From Psammoneis japonica (lineage: Eukaryota), in the NCBI GenBank assembly GCA_008632985.1, contig QPGO01000163.1, positions 124,001-157,453 of the forward strand: a DNA stretch of 33,453 nt. Direction: 5' to 3'. Below, in pieces: positions 1 to 10,154 of this stretch. Position 1 is the stretch's first letter. Every line of letters starts with the position of its first letter. The position numbers were made by a program, and so were the translations under genes. The notes beneath the pieces were generated by a model. The model saw only the letters and a list, made by a program, of their open reading frames with translations, was not told the origin of the DNA and made no database searches.

Positions 1-751
1 TTCACCTTTGCAACATGGACGCACAGAGGTTCACAGCTGCAAGTTGGACAGAGAACAAATTTCTTGAAGTTTTTGCTGGGTCGAAGAATGTTCTCTACCT
101 GCAATCTGCGCTGGAGGAATTGGGTGTTCCCCAGCCAGGGCCAAATCCCTTTCTGATTGACAGCTCATCTGCAATTAAGATGACAAATCAATTGGTCCCA
201 GCAGAGGGATTGCGGCACATTGACAGGGATTCCAAACCTTTGAAGCTCACAGCAAAATGCTTTTTTTGCTCTGCTGCAGTTTTCATTGCAACAAATTCTG
301 ACCCGCCAAGAAGTTGAGGACTGCAAGGGACTTCTTTTTCTCATTTCTGTGAATTCTTTTGTCGCAAGCAATGTGCTGCCAGCTCTTTTCACCTTTGCAA
401 CATGGACGCACAGAGGTTCACAGCTGCAAGTTGGACAGAGAACAAATTTCTTGAAGTTTTTGCTGGGTCGAAGAATGTTCTCTACCTGCAATCTGCGCTG
501 GAGGAATTGGGTGTTCCCCAGCCAGGGCCAAATCCCTTTCTGATTGACAGCTCATCTGCAATTAAGATGACAAATCAATTGGTCCCAGCAGAGGGATTGC
601 GGCACATTGACAGGGATTCCAAACCTTTGAAGCTCACAGCAAAATGCTTTTTTTGCTCTGCTGCAGTTTTCATTGCAACAAATTCTGACCCGCCAAGAAG
701 TTGAGGACTGCAAGGGACTTCTTTTTCTCATTTCTGTGAATTCTTTTGTCG
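1..751 (+). repeat. Near-perfect tandem duplication, 387-bp period (first copy truncated by the window edge)
   Basis: ttcacctttgcaacatgg starts at 1 and at 388. ORFs 15..317 and 402..704 translate identically. Confidence 0.95.
15..704 (+). mobile_element. Ty1/copia RNase H fragment (two tandem copies), degenerate
   Basis: KNVLYLQSALEELGVPQPGPNPFLIDSSSAIKMTNQLVPAEGLRHID matches the copia RNase H pattern K.xLYLRSxLxELGxxQxxPTxxxxDNxxAIxMxNxxxPTxRxRHID. Confidence 0.8.
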
Positions 752-833
752 TAATTAACTTAAGCAATGTGCTGCAGCATTTAAGGAAATCCAGGTGTCT
801 TGAAGAACACCCCGCACTATGCTGCTTGCATGC

Positions 834-3437
834 TCATTGCAGCTGACCGTCCAAACTACTTACTCGCGGATTTCCCACTAGTGTTACGGTAGGCCTGGCT
901 TCATTTCTGAGTTCATTGGAAAGAGCCATCAAAATGTCCTTTGCTTCTTCATCTTTCTCCCCTCGTCGGAGAGCGAATTGGGGTTCAAGCACCATTGGCA
1001 CTCCAATGTTCGCACGAATATAAGGATGTGACGCCATAACCTCACTAACCGCTGCTCCACCAGATGTAAGCTTGACAAAAGCATCAGTTACCCCAAAAGA
1101 ATCATCGTCCGGGATGCGAATAATACAAGCCACAGGTTTATTTCCAATGACTTTTTCGGCCAAACACCCATTAAAAGCATAGTCCTCATCGGTAGACGAC
1201 GTTGGCGATCCAAATACAATGAGGAGACACAACGCCTGCGTACAGCCACTCTCGGTAGCCCTGTCCAACATCTTTTCGCATTCTTGTTTCGCTCGCTTCG
1301 GTGAAAAATAGTGATGTGATTTGATGGAAATGAAAAGCGGTGCAAAGGATATCTCACTCGTGATTGAACTGTAAATTCGGATGGCACCTGCCATATCAAT
1401 TAAAGGGCAGCCTCCAAAAACATAAAAAGCGGTAGCGGATTCGTATACGTACTTCAAGAAGCCTTGGTCCTTCAAACCCTCCCAACTGACTCCGTAAGAA
1501 CGAAGGTAGTTGCGGCAGACTTGAATGAAGTTTACCGTCACCTTGGTATTTGAAGAAGGCACAACGGGATTTTTGGGGTGCCCTCCGCACTGCAAAGTAC
1601 CAAGCCAATCGTCCAAGGAAACAGAGAACGTTTCTTCTCGCATGGGTCGACGTAACTCATCCCCACAGAGCAACAAGTAAAAGGCAACCATCACTTCACC
1701 AAAATCACCCTTCTCGGGAATACAGATACCCCGAGAGAATAATTTAGCCATCTTCCCGACCCACCACTGTGGTTTCTTCCCATTGAATAGCCCGCATGCG
1801 AACTCTGGATCCATCAAGCGCATAGCAAGACGGGCGCACACGGGATCGGTCATAAAGCACATTCTGGCAGAACCCGATGAGACCGAGGTAAGGTTTGCAT
1901 ATCCGTTGGCAACGAGATCGGAAGCGATTGAAAAGGTCGTTTGGCCCATTTGCACCCTAGTAGCAAGAACACTGAGACATGCGGGCAAGCTGTTCTCCCA
2001 ATCCAACTTACTTAAGAGCATACGACCAATAATATTCTGCAGCTTTGCTTCAAGTTCATTGTTGGCATCCAAAACTGCAAACAGAGGGCGCCCGTAACGA
2101 ATTGCCTTTTTGTATTCGCTTCCTTCTTTCGTCTTGGTGATACACCCCATAGTGGTCGTCACTGTGAACACCGGAAAGACCTCAGATCCTTTTTTGTAGA
2201 AGCTAGCATCCTTAGCCTTCCAATCACGTGAAGGAGCTGTATTCACCAATCTTTTGTCATCATCAAACTCGAAGCGAATACTATTCAAATTTGCAGTTGT
2301 CCCGGCAAAACAAGCAACAATTCTTACGCCATCAGATCGCTTCTTTCGCAGCCACAAACGAATAATCCTGAAAAGTAGTGACGGGTGCTCTGTTTTCAAC
2401 TTTTCATCTGATTCGTTTGTTTCCTCAAACGAATCCAAATAAGCCTGTGCTTCGTCAAAGCAAAGAAAGACATAGTCGTTTTGGGGAGTTTCCGTGATTT
2501 CCTCCTTTCCAACAGTTGCAGCCACCAGTTCATCCAGTTTCGCAAAGTCTTGACCAACTATTGTGCTAACGGGTGTGTTTTTTGTAAGAACTCCTTCGAG
2601 GCTTATTCGCTTTTTGAAGACGTTTTGTGCATTTGAAGGCGATAAACTTCCCGTCTGGATCTGACTCGGGAGTACCAGGGAGCACCGCCACCTTTGCTTC
2701 TTCTCTAATTCCTTGCAGGCATGGTACATGATCTTGGTCTTGCCCATTCCACTTGATTGAATCAAGCAAAAATATGGGGCATCCTGTAACTGGTTGTTCT
2801 CTTCATACCATTTAGACACCATCACGGCTTGTTTCAAAAACTGGTTGACGTCATGAGTGTGCGAAAGCGCCATCTCTTCAATTTTGTAGTCCAGAGTCGC
2901 CACGCGTTTTCCCCACTCGGTTTTTTTGCTTTCTTCGATAGCATCCACAAAGCGAATGGTTAAGTCTTGGGCTACGTTTTGTGGCAGCTGCAGCGTAACA
3001 AGAAAAACTGCGTTGATATTGAGAATCCTGAGGTCGCGGTTGCTCGACAACCATTCTTTTTCCTTCGTTAGTGACGTCAAACCTTCAATTATTTGCTGCT
3101 GCTTGTCTTCCACAGCACTCTTTGCGACTGGGTCTTTCACGTCCTTTAACCATTCCTGCATAACTTCGGAGGCGATGACTGTGGTCGAGTCATCTATGTC
3201 TTCCACAGCACTCTTTGCGACTGGGTCTTTCACGTCCTTTAACCATTCCTGCATAACTTCGGAGGCGATGACTGTGGTCGAGTCATCTATGACGCTCGCG
3301 GCAGTGTCCACTACGAGCTCCATCGATTCTTGTGCACTTTCTTCACCAATTTCGATTGAGACCTGCTGCATCATTTCAGCCGGATCCACCTCTTTCTTCC
3401 TTTTTCGTTTGCCAAGGATAATTGGTTGTCCGCTCAT
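834..3437 (-). CDS. P-loop NTPase fused to a C-terminal PD-(D/E)xK (REase-fold) nuclease-like domain; Crinkler/CR-effector-related architecture
   Basis: Uninterrupted ORF with normal Tyr and TpA content. First ATG at 3437 (the ORF track starts at a GTG, 3521). Walker A in APYFCLIQSSGMGKT, Walker B FLCFDEA, family-type motifs YGRPLF and KGDFGEVMVAFYLLLCGD, REase-like PLID...FISIK, basic NLS-like KRKRKK. An upstream exon cannot be excluded. Confidence 0.7.
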   Translation of the reverse strand: MSGQPIILGKRKRKKEVDPAEMMQQVSIEIGEESAQESMELVVDTAASVIDDSTTVIASEVMQEWLKDVKDPVAKSAVEDIDDSTTVIASEVMQEWLKDVKDPVAKSAVEDKQQQIIEGLTSLTKEKEWLSSNRDLRILNINAVFLVTLQLPQNVAQDLTIRFVDAIEESKKTEWGKRVATLDYKIEEMALSHTHDVNQFLKQAVMVSKWYEENNQLQDAPYFCLIQSSGMGKTKIMYHACKELEKKQRWRCSLVLPSQIQTGSLSPSNAQNVFKKRISLEGVLTKNTPVSTIVGQDFAKLDELVAATVGKEEITETPQNDYVFLCFDEAQAYLDSFEETNESDEKLKTEHPSLLFRIIRLWLRKKRSDGVRIVACFAGTTANLNSIRFEFDDDKRLVNTAPSRDWKAKDASFYKKGSEVFPVFTVTTTMGCITKTKEGSEYKKAIRYGRPLFAVLDANNELEAKLQNIIGRMLLSKLDWENSLPACLSVLATRVQMGQTTFSIASDLVANGYANLTSVSSGSARMCFMTDPVCARLAMRLMDPEFACGLFNGKKPQWWVGKMAKLFSRGICIPEKGDFGEVMVAFYLLLCGDELRRPMREETFSVSLDDWLGTLQCGGHPKNPVVPSSNTKVTVNFIQVCRNYLRSYGVSWEGLKDQGFLKYVYESATAFYVFGGCPLIDMAGAIRIYSSITSEISFAPLFISIKSHHYFSPKRAKQECEKMLDRATESGCTQALCLLIVFGSPTSSTDEDYAFNGCLAEKVIGNKPVACIIRIPDDDSFGVTDAFVKLTSGGAAVSEVMASHPYIRANIGVPMVLEPQFALRRGEKDEEAKDILMALSNELRNEARPTVTLVGNPRVSSLDGQLQ
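3104..3291. repeat. Exact in-frame 93-bp tandem duplication within the NTPase gene (31 aa)
   Basis: gtcttccacagcactc starts at 3105 and 3198; the peptide DDSTTVIASEVMQEWLKDVKDPVAKSAVED occurs twice. Confidence 0.95.
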
Positions 3438-3771
3438 TCGCAAGAGGGCTAGCCCAAGGTCATGTCGGCAGCGTTGGACCGACCATGAACAAGTGCTGTA
3501 TGATCGATGATAGCACCGCAAACACCATACTTAGCGCAGCTACAGTGTTCAGGGAGTCGCCTCAAATCTACAATGTTGAAACTCGAATAATGAATATCAT
3601 ATTCGTGAATTAATAGATGTATTAATGACAATATTTATCACACATGTTCACAATGTGTGGTCGTTAATTAGGCTGATGCTCAACACACATACACAAATAA
3701 CATATACCGGTAGTGATTCTGTTCTAAAACAGGTATACGTAATCGAGATTATTGAATAAAAGAGTCATTTT

Positions 3772-4397
3772 CGCCGAAAAATTGGCGATAGTTTCAACAA
3801 AAAACTGTTGAAACTTGGAAGTTTCAACAAAAAAAACTGTTGAAACTTGGAAGTTTCAACAACTCGGAAAAAGTTTCAACAGATTTTGTCACCATCAATT
3901 CAGACGATTGACGGGAGGTAGAAAATGCCGAAGATGCTGTCGCAATTGGCACCACAAGGACCGCTAAAGCTCGGCATGTCGGGACCTGCAGTGGAAGCTA
4001 AGACCCGGGCTTTGTCTCGTCAAGAGGCTTTCAATGCCCGCGTCAAGAACTTCGCTTGTCTCTCAGGGACGTTTCGCCACGGCATCGAGAAACACCGCCA
4101 TTGCTTCAAGGCGGTTTGCTTTGTCGTGCAGCATCAGCTTGAATTTGGCTTGCCTGCTTTTTTTTCACGTGTGCAGTGGCTGCCAGAGCAGATGACGTCA
4201 TGCAATGTAGAGAAAGTTTCAACAATTTGTGTGAATTTTTGTTGAAAGTGTTTTTGTTGAAACTCAAACTTTCAACAAAAAATCTGTTGAAACTTTGAAG
4301 TTTCAACAACTCGAAAAAAGTTTCAACTTTTTTTGTTGAAACTTCCAAGTTTCAACAGTTTTTGTTGAAACTTCCAAGTTTCAACAGATTTTCGACA
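3772..4397. mobile_element. Non-autonomous foldback-like TIR element built from GTTTCAAC/GTTGAAAC modules
   Basis: 3800-3860 (ctgttgaaacttggaagtttcaac x2) is the reverse complement of about 4335-4391 (gttgaaacttccaagtttcaacag x2). Many further module copies lie at 3870-3890 and 4215-4330. Outer ends are approximate. Confidence 0.7.
3985..4165 (+). pseudogene. C-terminal fragment of a DDE_Tnp_4 (PIF/Harbinger/ISL2EU-related) transposase
   Basis: RALSRQEAFNARVKNFACLSGTFRHGIEKHRHCFKAVCFVVQHQLEFGLPAF resembles the family C-terminus RARHExFNxRLKxFxxLxxxFRHxxxKHxxxFxAVxxxxQY... Confidence 0.6.
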
Positions 4398-4949
4398 TCC
4401 GTTTGGTTTTTTTGTCTTGTGTGCAGGTGCCTGGACAGATGCAAAATGCAAAGGGCAACAAGCATTTTCACAACGGATTGACAACGGACATCATGCAATT
4501 AGAAATGTCTGTCCCACTTGGTTGCTTTACGCACAATCTGGCTGGTGTTCATTGTGAGCGTGCGAGCGACTTCCACCAACGTGCTTTTAACAGATTTGAG
4601 GCGACTCCTAGAAGTGCAAAAAATTCTCAACGGAGATGCATCAAGCGCGAGCGCGCATCATGAACACTCACCAAAATGGCTCCAACAAGGACAACTTTGA
4701 CATTTCGCATTGTCACACGACAACAATTGGGTGCATTCATCAGGTCTTTTTTGTTCATTGTGTGACTCACTTGAATCGTAGATTCCCTGCCACTGCCTTG
4801 GCTTGGCTGAAACGCCAATGACTGTCACAGTGCAGAGCCACCGAAAAAGGCTTCAACAACCCAGTGCACGAATGTGTCTGATGCATGACACACACACGAG
4901 CATGTGTGTTCATGTGATGCTGCTGAGACAGCAGCCAGAAAAAACGGGA

Positions 4950-6340
4950 ACAAATCTGCAGATTAAATCTGTCCATTTTGTTCCCCAGCACTGCATGAAC
5001 AGAACAAAGGGGAAAAGCTGGTGGACAAAACATCTCCTCACAGCCATGAATCTGCCTGCTCCTGAAGGCTGCATCCCCTGTCAGTCTGCTGGGCATTTTG
5101 GGTTGCTCAGGATCTCCATGCCTGGCTGTGGGGCGCGCCCACATCAGCCAGATTCTTCAGAAGACAAAAGAGTTGCTGCTGCACACACGGCTGAAATCTG
5201 AAAATGGCGCTCATCACAAAAAGAGTGGTGACCCACATTTGGAAAGAACATCAACATCAGCAATCTGCTGGCTCTTGTTGTTGTCAAAAATCTTGACATC
5301 ACTGCCACACACAAAGTGGATCTGATTGAGATTTGGAGATGAGAGGTGATGAGCATTGTGGGCTTGCATGTTGCATCATGGCCATGAATGTTGAACCAAA
5401 GAGGATTGACCTCCTCAAACTCATGCTCTTTTGGCTTGGGAGAAGGCTTGTTTGATGCTTGGTCAACAGCAATGTCATTGGCCATGGCGTTGTTGGTGGT
5501 GTCTTTGCCTGTTGCACAGGGCCATGGCCATTGACAGAAAAAGATGCCATGGTGGGTTGGAAATTCTGTGGTGAGACTGGCATTGAAAACATGCAGGCAA
5601 ACTCAGTGCCATCTTGTCCAGAAAAGCACATGATGTTGCCATGCAATCAGCAGGCTCATCTGGGCTGTGGTCACAACTGGAATTGACATCAGCTTCACAG
5701 TTGCTCAACTCAGTTGGTTTGGCCAGCTCTGATGCTGGCCAGCTGCATTTTGAAGAGGTCAAGGATGCTCTGCACCACTTGGTTTTGGTGCCCACCCTGA
5801 CTTCAGGTTGCAACACCAAGTTGGCAGACTTGGCCTCAAATGTTCTTTCTCACTGCTCCTTCTCCTCTGCCCATCACAGTGCCCCATTGTTGAGCAGAGC
5901 TGCTGCCCCACACTGGCTCACCGATGGAGCTCCTCACTGGGGGTGCACGAGGGTTTGGGCTGGGCTGCTGACACTGGTCATTGTCAATCAACTGCAGGTG
6001 GTGCCATCTTCTTGCTTGCAAGGGTCCAACCCACAGTCTCCATGCTGTCATCACAAGCTGAGTTTGTTGCAGCCTCTGATGCCAAGTTTGTTGTGGCCTC
6101 CAATGGCGCACTCTTGATGAGCCATGCCAACCCACAAAGATGACCTCCCCGCTCATGGCCAGCACCAGCAGTCACCCCCCACCCTGTGCACCCATCATGC
6201 AGATGTCAACCATTTTGCTCTGCAAGAGTGGGTGGAACAAGACCTGCGGTGGAATGCACACCCAGTGGTTGCACACTCACCAATGAATGCAGTGTCAGTT
6301 TTGCTGCTGCCTTGTCGGTCGTCAGAAAAACATTTGTCTC
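4950..6340 (+). mobile_element. Highly degenerate Ty1/copia RT-RNase H remnant, copy 1
   Basis: Fragments HISQIL, LHFEEVKDALHHL, ARVQPTVSMLSSQAEFVAASDA and HFALQEWVEQDL occur in the expected order. Paralogous to 8040-8940. Confidence 0.75.
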
Positions 6341-8039
6341 ATGCAGAAACCATGCTGGATCTTGCACAGAACTGCTGTCACATGCAACAAAAGGACAACC
6401 ATCACTCAGTGATGAAGGAAGACTCACATTGACAATCATCAGCGCCACAACAGAAGAGGCATTTTTGCCAAATAGAGTGAAGCACTTGGTTGGCCGATGG
6501 AGACAAAGAAGGTTGTTGAGAACCGATGGGCATGGGTGCAAGCAGTTTGGAGCATCAACACAGCAGTCGTCAGTGGTTGTTGCTGACACAGGCAGAATTT
6601 GTACAAGAATCTATGTGGAAAATTTCTTGAGTCTGCAGAAAATTACAAAAAAGATCAATGAGCATGCAAACCATGAGGAGTCGATGCCAGTCATTTTCCA
6701 CTTAGAAACATTGCGGGTGTGCCATTGGTTGAAATGGGCAGAATGGTCTCAGGAGACCCAGCAAAGTGCTGTCTGACAAGGGCGACACCAGCACAAGAAG
6801 GTGCACAGAAACACACATGTGTCACGTCAGAGTTCTTGTTTTGCTTCCAGTCGCACGTCAATTGCATGCTCATGTTGTGTTTTGTGCTGTGCTCGCAAGT
6901 GTGGTGCCAAATTCATGATGTGATTTTATGGCGCGATTGCATTGTGTGTGTGAAATCAACATCCTCTGCAAGAAGTGTGAGACATGTGTGATTGTGCAAA
7001 ATGTGCACAAGTGCAATTGTTGCACAATTGAAAAACTCGTCAAGCGGAAGAAAAAAACACAAAGCACTCACAAAAGGAACTTTGTCCGCACGTTTTTGTC
7101 AGCACTTGTCAATTTTGCAGTTCTTGTCCTGGCATGGCCATCCACTGACACTGCAAAAACTTTTTGGTGCTGCAGGTTGCCAATGCACCACATTGCTGTC
7201 TTTGCTCTTGACTCATGTCCACACAACTGCAAGGAGCATGATGGGCCAAGGGGTGCGCAATTTTGAATGAACAAAAGAACCCCCTCCCCCCTCTTTGTGT
7301 GAGAAAACAATGCTTGCAGCTTTCTTTGTGGTTTGCACACACCTTGTTGTTGGGAACTCTTCAAGTGCTGGGCCTTTTGCCCATGAAGTGTTTTGTAGAT
7401 TTTCAGTTGTGTGCTCATGATTTTTGGGAGGCTGCTTCTTGCAAGCACCACAGCCAAGCAAAGTGGCACTGGAAAGCACACCATGACTGCTGGCTTGTCA
7501 AAGGAGGAATTTGCAGAAAAAAGCACTGGCACACAGAGATGTTGCTTTTCATTTTGCCTGCAATCACTCACCTCCAATGCCAGACTCTGTGGGTCTTTGC
7601 AGCTCTTGTTCCTGAGTCAGATTGACCATCATGCCTGCTGCCAAGTGAAGAGACCATGCATGACCCATGTGTCCCCAAAACACACAAGCTTGTTTGGCAG
7701 AAATTGGTCACTCTCAAGATGGTTTCCCACAATGGGAAAAAAGCAAGTTTGAACAACTCTCAATCACTGCCATGACCCCAATGGTGCTGCAGCACTCTCA
7801 ACAAGGCGCAGTCATGTTTTCATGCAAGAACAACCTGGGGGGTGCACCAAGAAAGCCAGCAAACTTTGCAATGATGGAGAGGCCCATGACCCAGGTTCAT
7901 CCAGGTGCTCAACCAAACACATGCAGCACTGGAGGAGCAGCTGAGTGCCTGCCTTTTTTTTGCTCTGGCTGCCCTGAAGAACAAGCATGCATGCAGAGTT
8001 AACATCAGCAGTGTCTTTGCTGAGGTGCCGCCACCCAAT

Positions 8040-8940
8040 CAGACTGTCTGTGTGCAAGTCAACAAAGTGTTTTAAAGCTGGTGGACAAAACATCTTGGCT
8101 GCCAACTGCCTGCTCCCTGAAGGCTGCATCTGCTGGTTTGTTGGGCACTGCAAGGTTGTCTAGAATCTGCACGTCTGTGCAGCACCCACATCAACCAGAT
8201 TTTTCAAAGGATGAGAGTCATTGCTGCACATGATGGTTGAAATCTGAAAAGGGTGCTCATGACAAAGAGTGATGGCAACCCACTTGAGGATCTGAATCAA
8301 GACTTGGAGAACAGAGGTGTCATCATCAACAAAAGAAGATGCCACAGTGGGCTGGAAGTTCTGTGGTGAGCCTGCGGCATTGAAAACATGCAGGCAAACT
8401 TGGCACCACCTTGCACAGAAAAAACATGCATTGCCATGCAATCAGTCAGTGAGCTCATCTGGTGGGCCATGGTCACAACTGGAGTTGACATCAGCCTCAC
8501 AGTCACTGAACTTAGTTGGCTTGGCTTCAACCATGGCCAGCTGCATTTTGAAGAGGCGCCAAGCATGCTCTGCACCATTTGGCTGCACACCGCATTTTCA
8601 GCTTGCAACAAGTTGGCAGACTCAACCCCAAACATCCTTTCTAGCTCTTCTCCTCCTTTTCTGCCAATCACAGTGCCCCATGGTTGAGTGGAGCTGCCTC
8701 CATGGAGCTCACTGGGTGCACCAGGAGTGTTTGGGCTGGGCAGCCGACACTTGTTGTTGTCAATGGATTGTGCGCAGCACTTTTTTCCCACTTGCAGGCA
8801 TGTGTGTTCATGTGGAAAAACAGGTGGGCCCAATCCACTGTCTGCAAAAGCTGAGTTTGTTGCAGCCTCTAATGCCAAATTTGTTGTGGCCTCCAACAGT
8901 GCTCTCTGCTTGCAGCCCATTCTTGTTGACGGGCCATGTC
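8040..8940 (+). mobile_element. Highly degenerate Ty1/copia RT-RNase H remnant, copy 2
   Basis: From 8145 the sequence translates ALQGCLESARLCSTHINQIF (cf. diatom copia ALQGHPESPRLW..HI..IL); LSAKAEFVAASNA follows. It shares DNA blocks with 5015-6100 (aaagctggtggacaaaacatc; gcattgaaaacatgcaggcaaact). Confidence 0.75.
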
Positions 8941-10154
8941 ACCCCGTGAGAAGATGATGTGGCCCCAATGCAAAAACAAGGATGAGGACATTGAAAACAA
9001 TCCTGATGCAGTCAAGGAACCAGCAGCTGCTTCTGCTGGAGTGATTGAAAGGCCCTCATTGCATTGTGTTGAACAACAGAGATCTTAAAAAAGTGAAAAA
9101 AGTGGGCGCAGTTGTCGCCTTTTTGTGTTTGACCTTTTTCAACTGTGTTCTCAACCTTTGCACAGGAATCTGCACTGAATGTGGGGGTGTGTGCTCAGCT
9201 GTGGTGCAGCAAGCAAGCAAAACTGTGCCGCAAAAGTTTGGCACTCTTGACAGTTTCTGCAGCTCCCCTCTCTGCCACCTGCGCCAGCTTTGTTTTGAAA
9301 GTTGTTGCCCAGCTGTTGTCAGGGTGCAGTCAGGAACTGACAAATTCAGTGCACAAGGTCTGTTGACATGCTGAACTTGCATGTGGTCTTGAGCATCATT
9401 GCACTTGTCAAGCGTTGCTCCTTTTGTTCTTTGCCATCTGCACTTTCACAATTTGGGGTGGGGACATGATCCATGTTGACTGCAGCACCTTGGAGGTCAG
9501 CATCATTTGTTGAGCTTGAGCTGCTGCAAGTGTGTTGTGGCAGCCCCAGAAATTTTTAATGAGTCGAGGACAGTGCTTCCAATTTGTCCTGAACCATTTC
9601 TTTCTTTGGGGCTGATTTTTGGAGCACGTCTGCATCATTCGAACAAAGCGACAAGTTTGTTGTGCAGCATGTCTGCGTCTGTGCTCTGTGGCCATCAAAA
9701 GCAGCATTGAACTCACATTTTCACACAAAAAAGAGTGAGCAACGAGGAAGCATCAGACTTCTTTCTTCTTTTGGGGGTCGTGAGGTGATGCCTCATGCTC
9801 GTGTGCCGCCGTGCTGTCAACATCATTTTCATGTCATGTTTTTTATGTTGGCATCTCAGTCGTGTCATTCACACCACACATTCCGTCCTCGATTTTGCGG
9901 GGGGGGGGCGCTGTTTTACTTAAGGCCCCCCCACGAAATTCAACCTCATTTGAGCACCTGTGACATCCCCCCCCCTCATGCAAAAAATCCGTAGAAGTGA
10001 CAGTCGTCGTCGCGCGCCATCTTTTTGGCCTTTTTCTGGAACGCTTTTCACAACAACGACCCTCATCGTTGTTGCAAGTGCGCACTTCATGCTTCATCGA
10101 TGCCTTTCCTTTTCAACAAGGGTTTGTCAAGAGCCCCTTTGCATTCTCATTGCC

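Noticed and set aside
3791..4390. CRISPR-like repeats (GTTTCAAC...GTTGAAAC)
   Set aside because: The intervening sequences are about 6 bp and identical, the orientation inverts, no cas genes are present and the context is eukaryotic.
4500..4800. Second Harbinger-like transposase tail (QRAFNR...ARAR)
   Set aside because: The motifs are scattered over different frames and too degenerate to call.
4400..9900. Dozens of overlapping 60-210 aa ORFs as genes
   Set aside because: They are Cys/His-rich, nearly Tyr-free and overlap on both strands; loss of TAA/TAG stops in decayed repeats explains them.
9880..9990. tRNA/snRNA target site or TIR at the 5' flank of the Dada-like ORF
   Set aside because: Only G and C homopolymer runs are present; no recognisable small-RNA gene and no matching 3' repeat.
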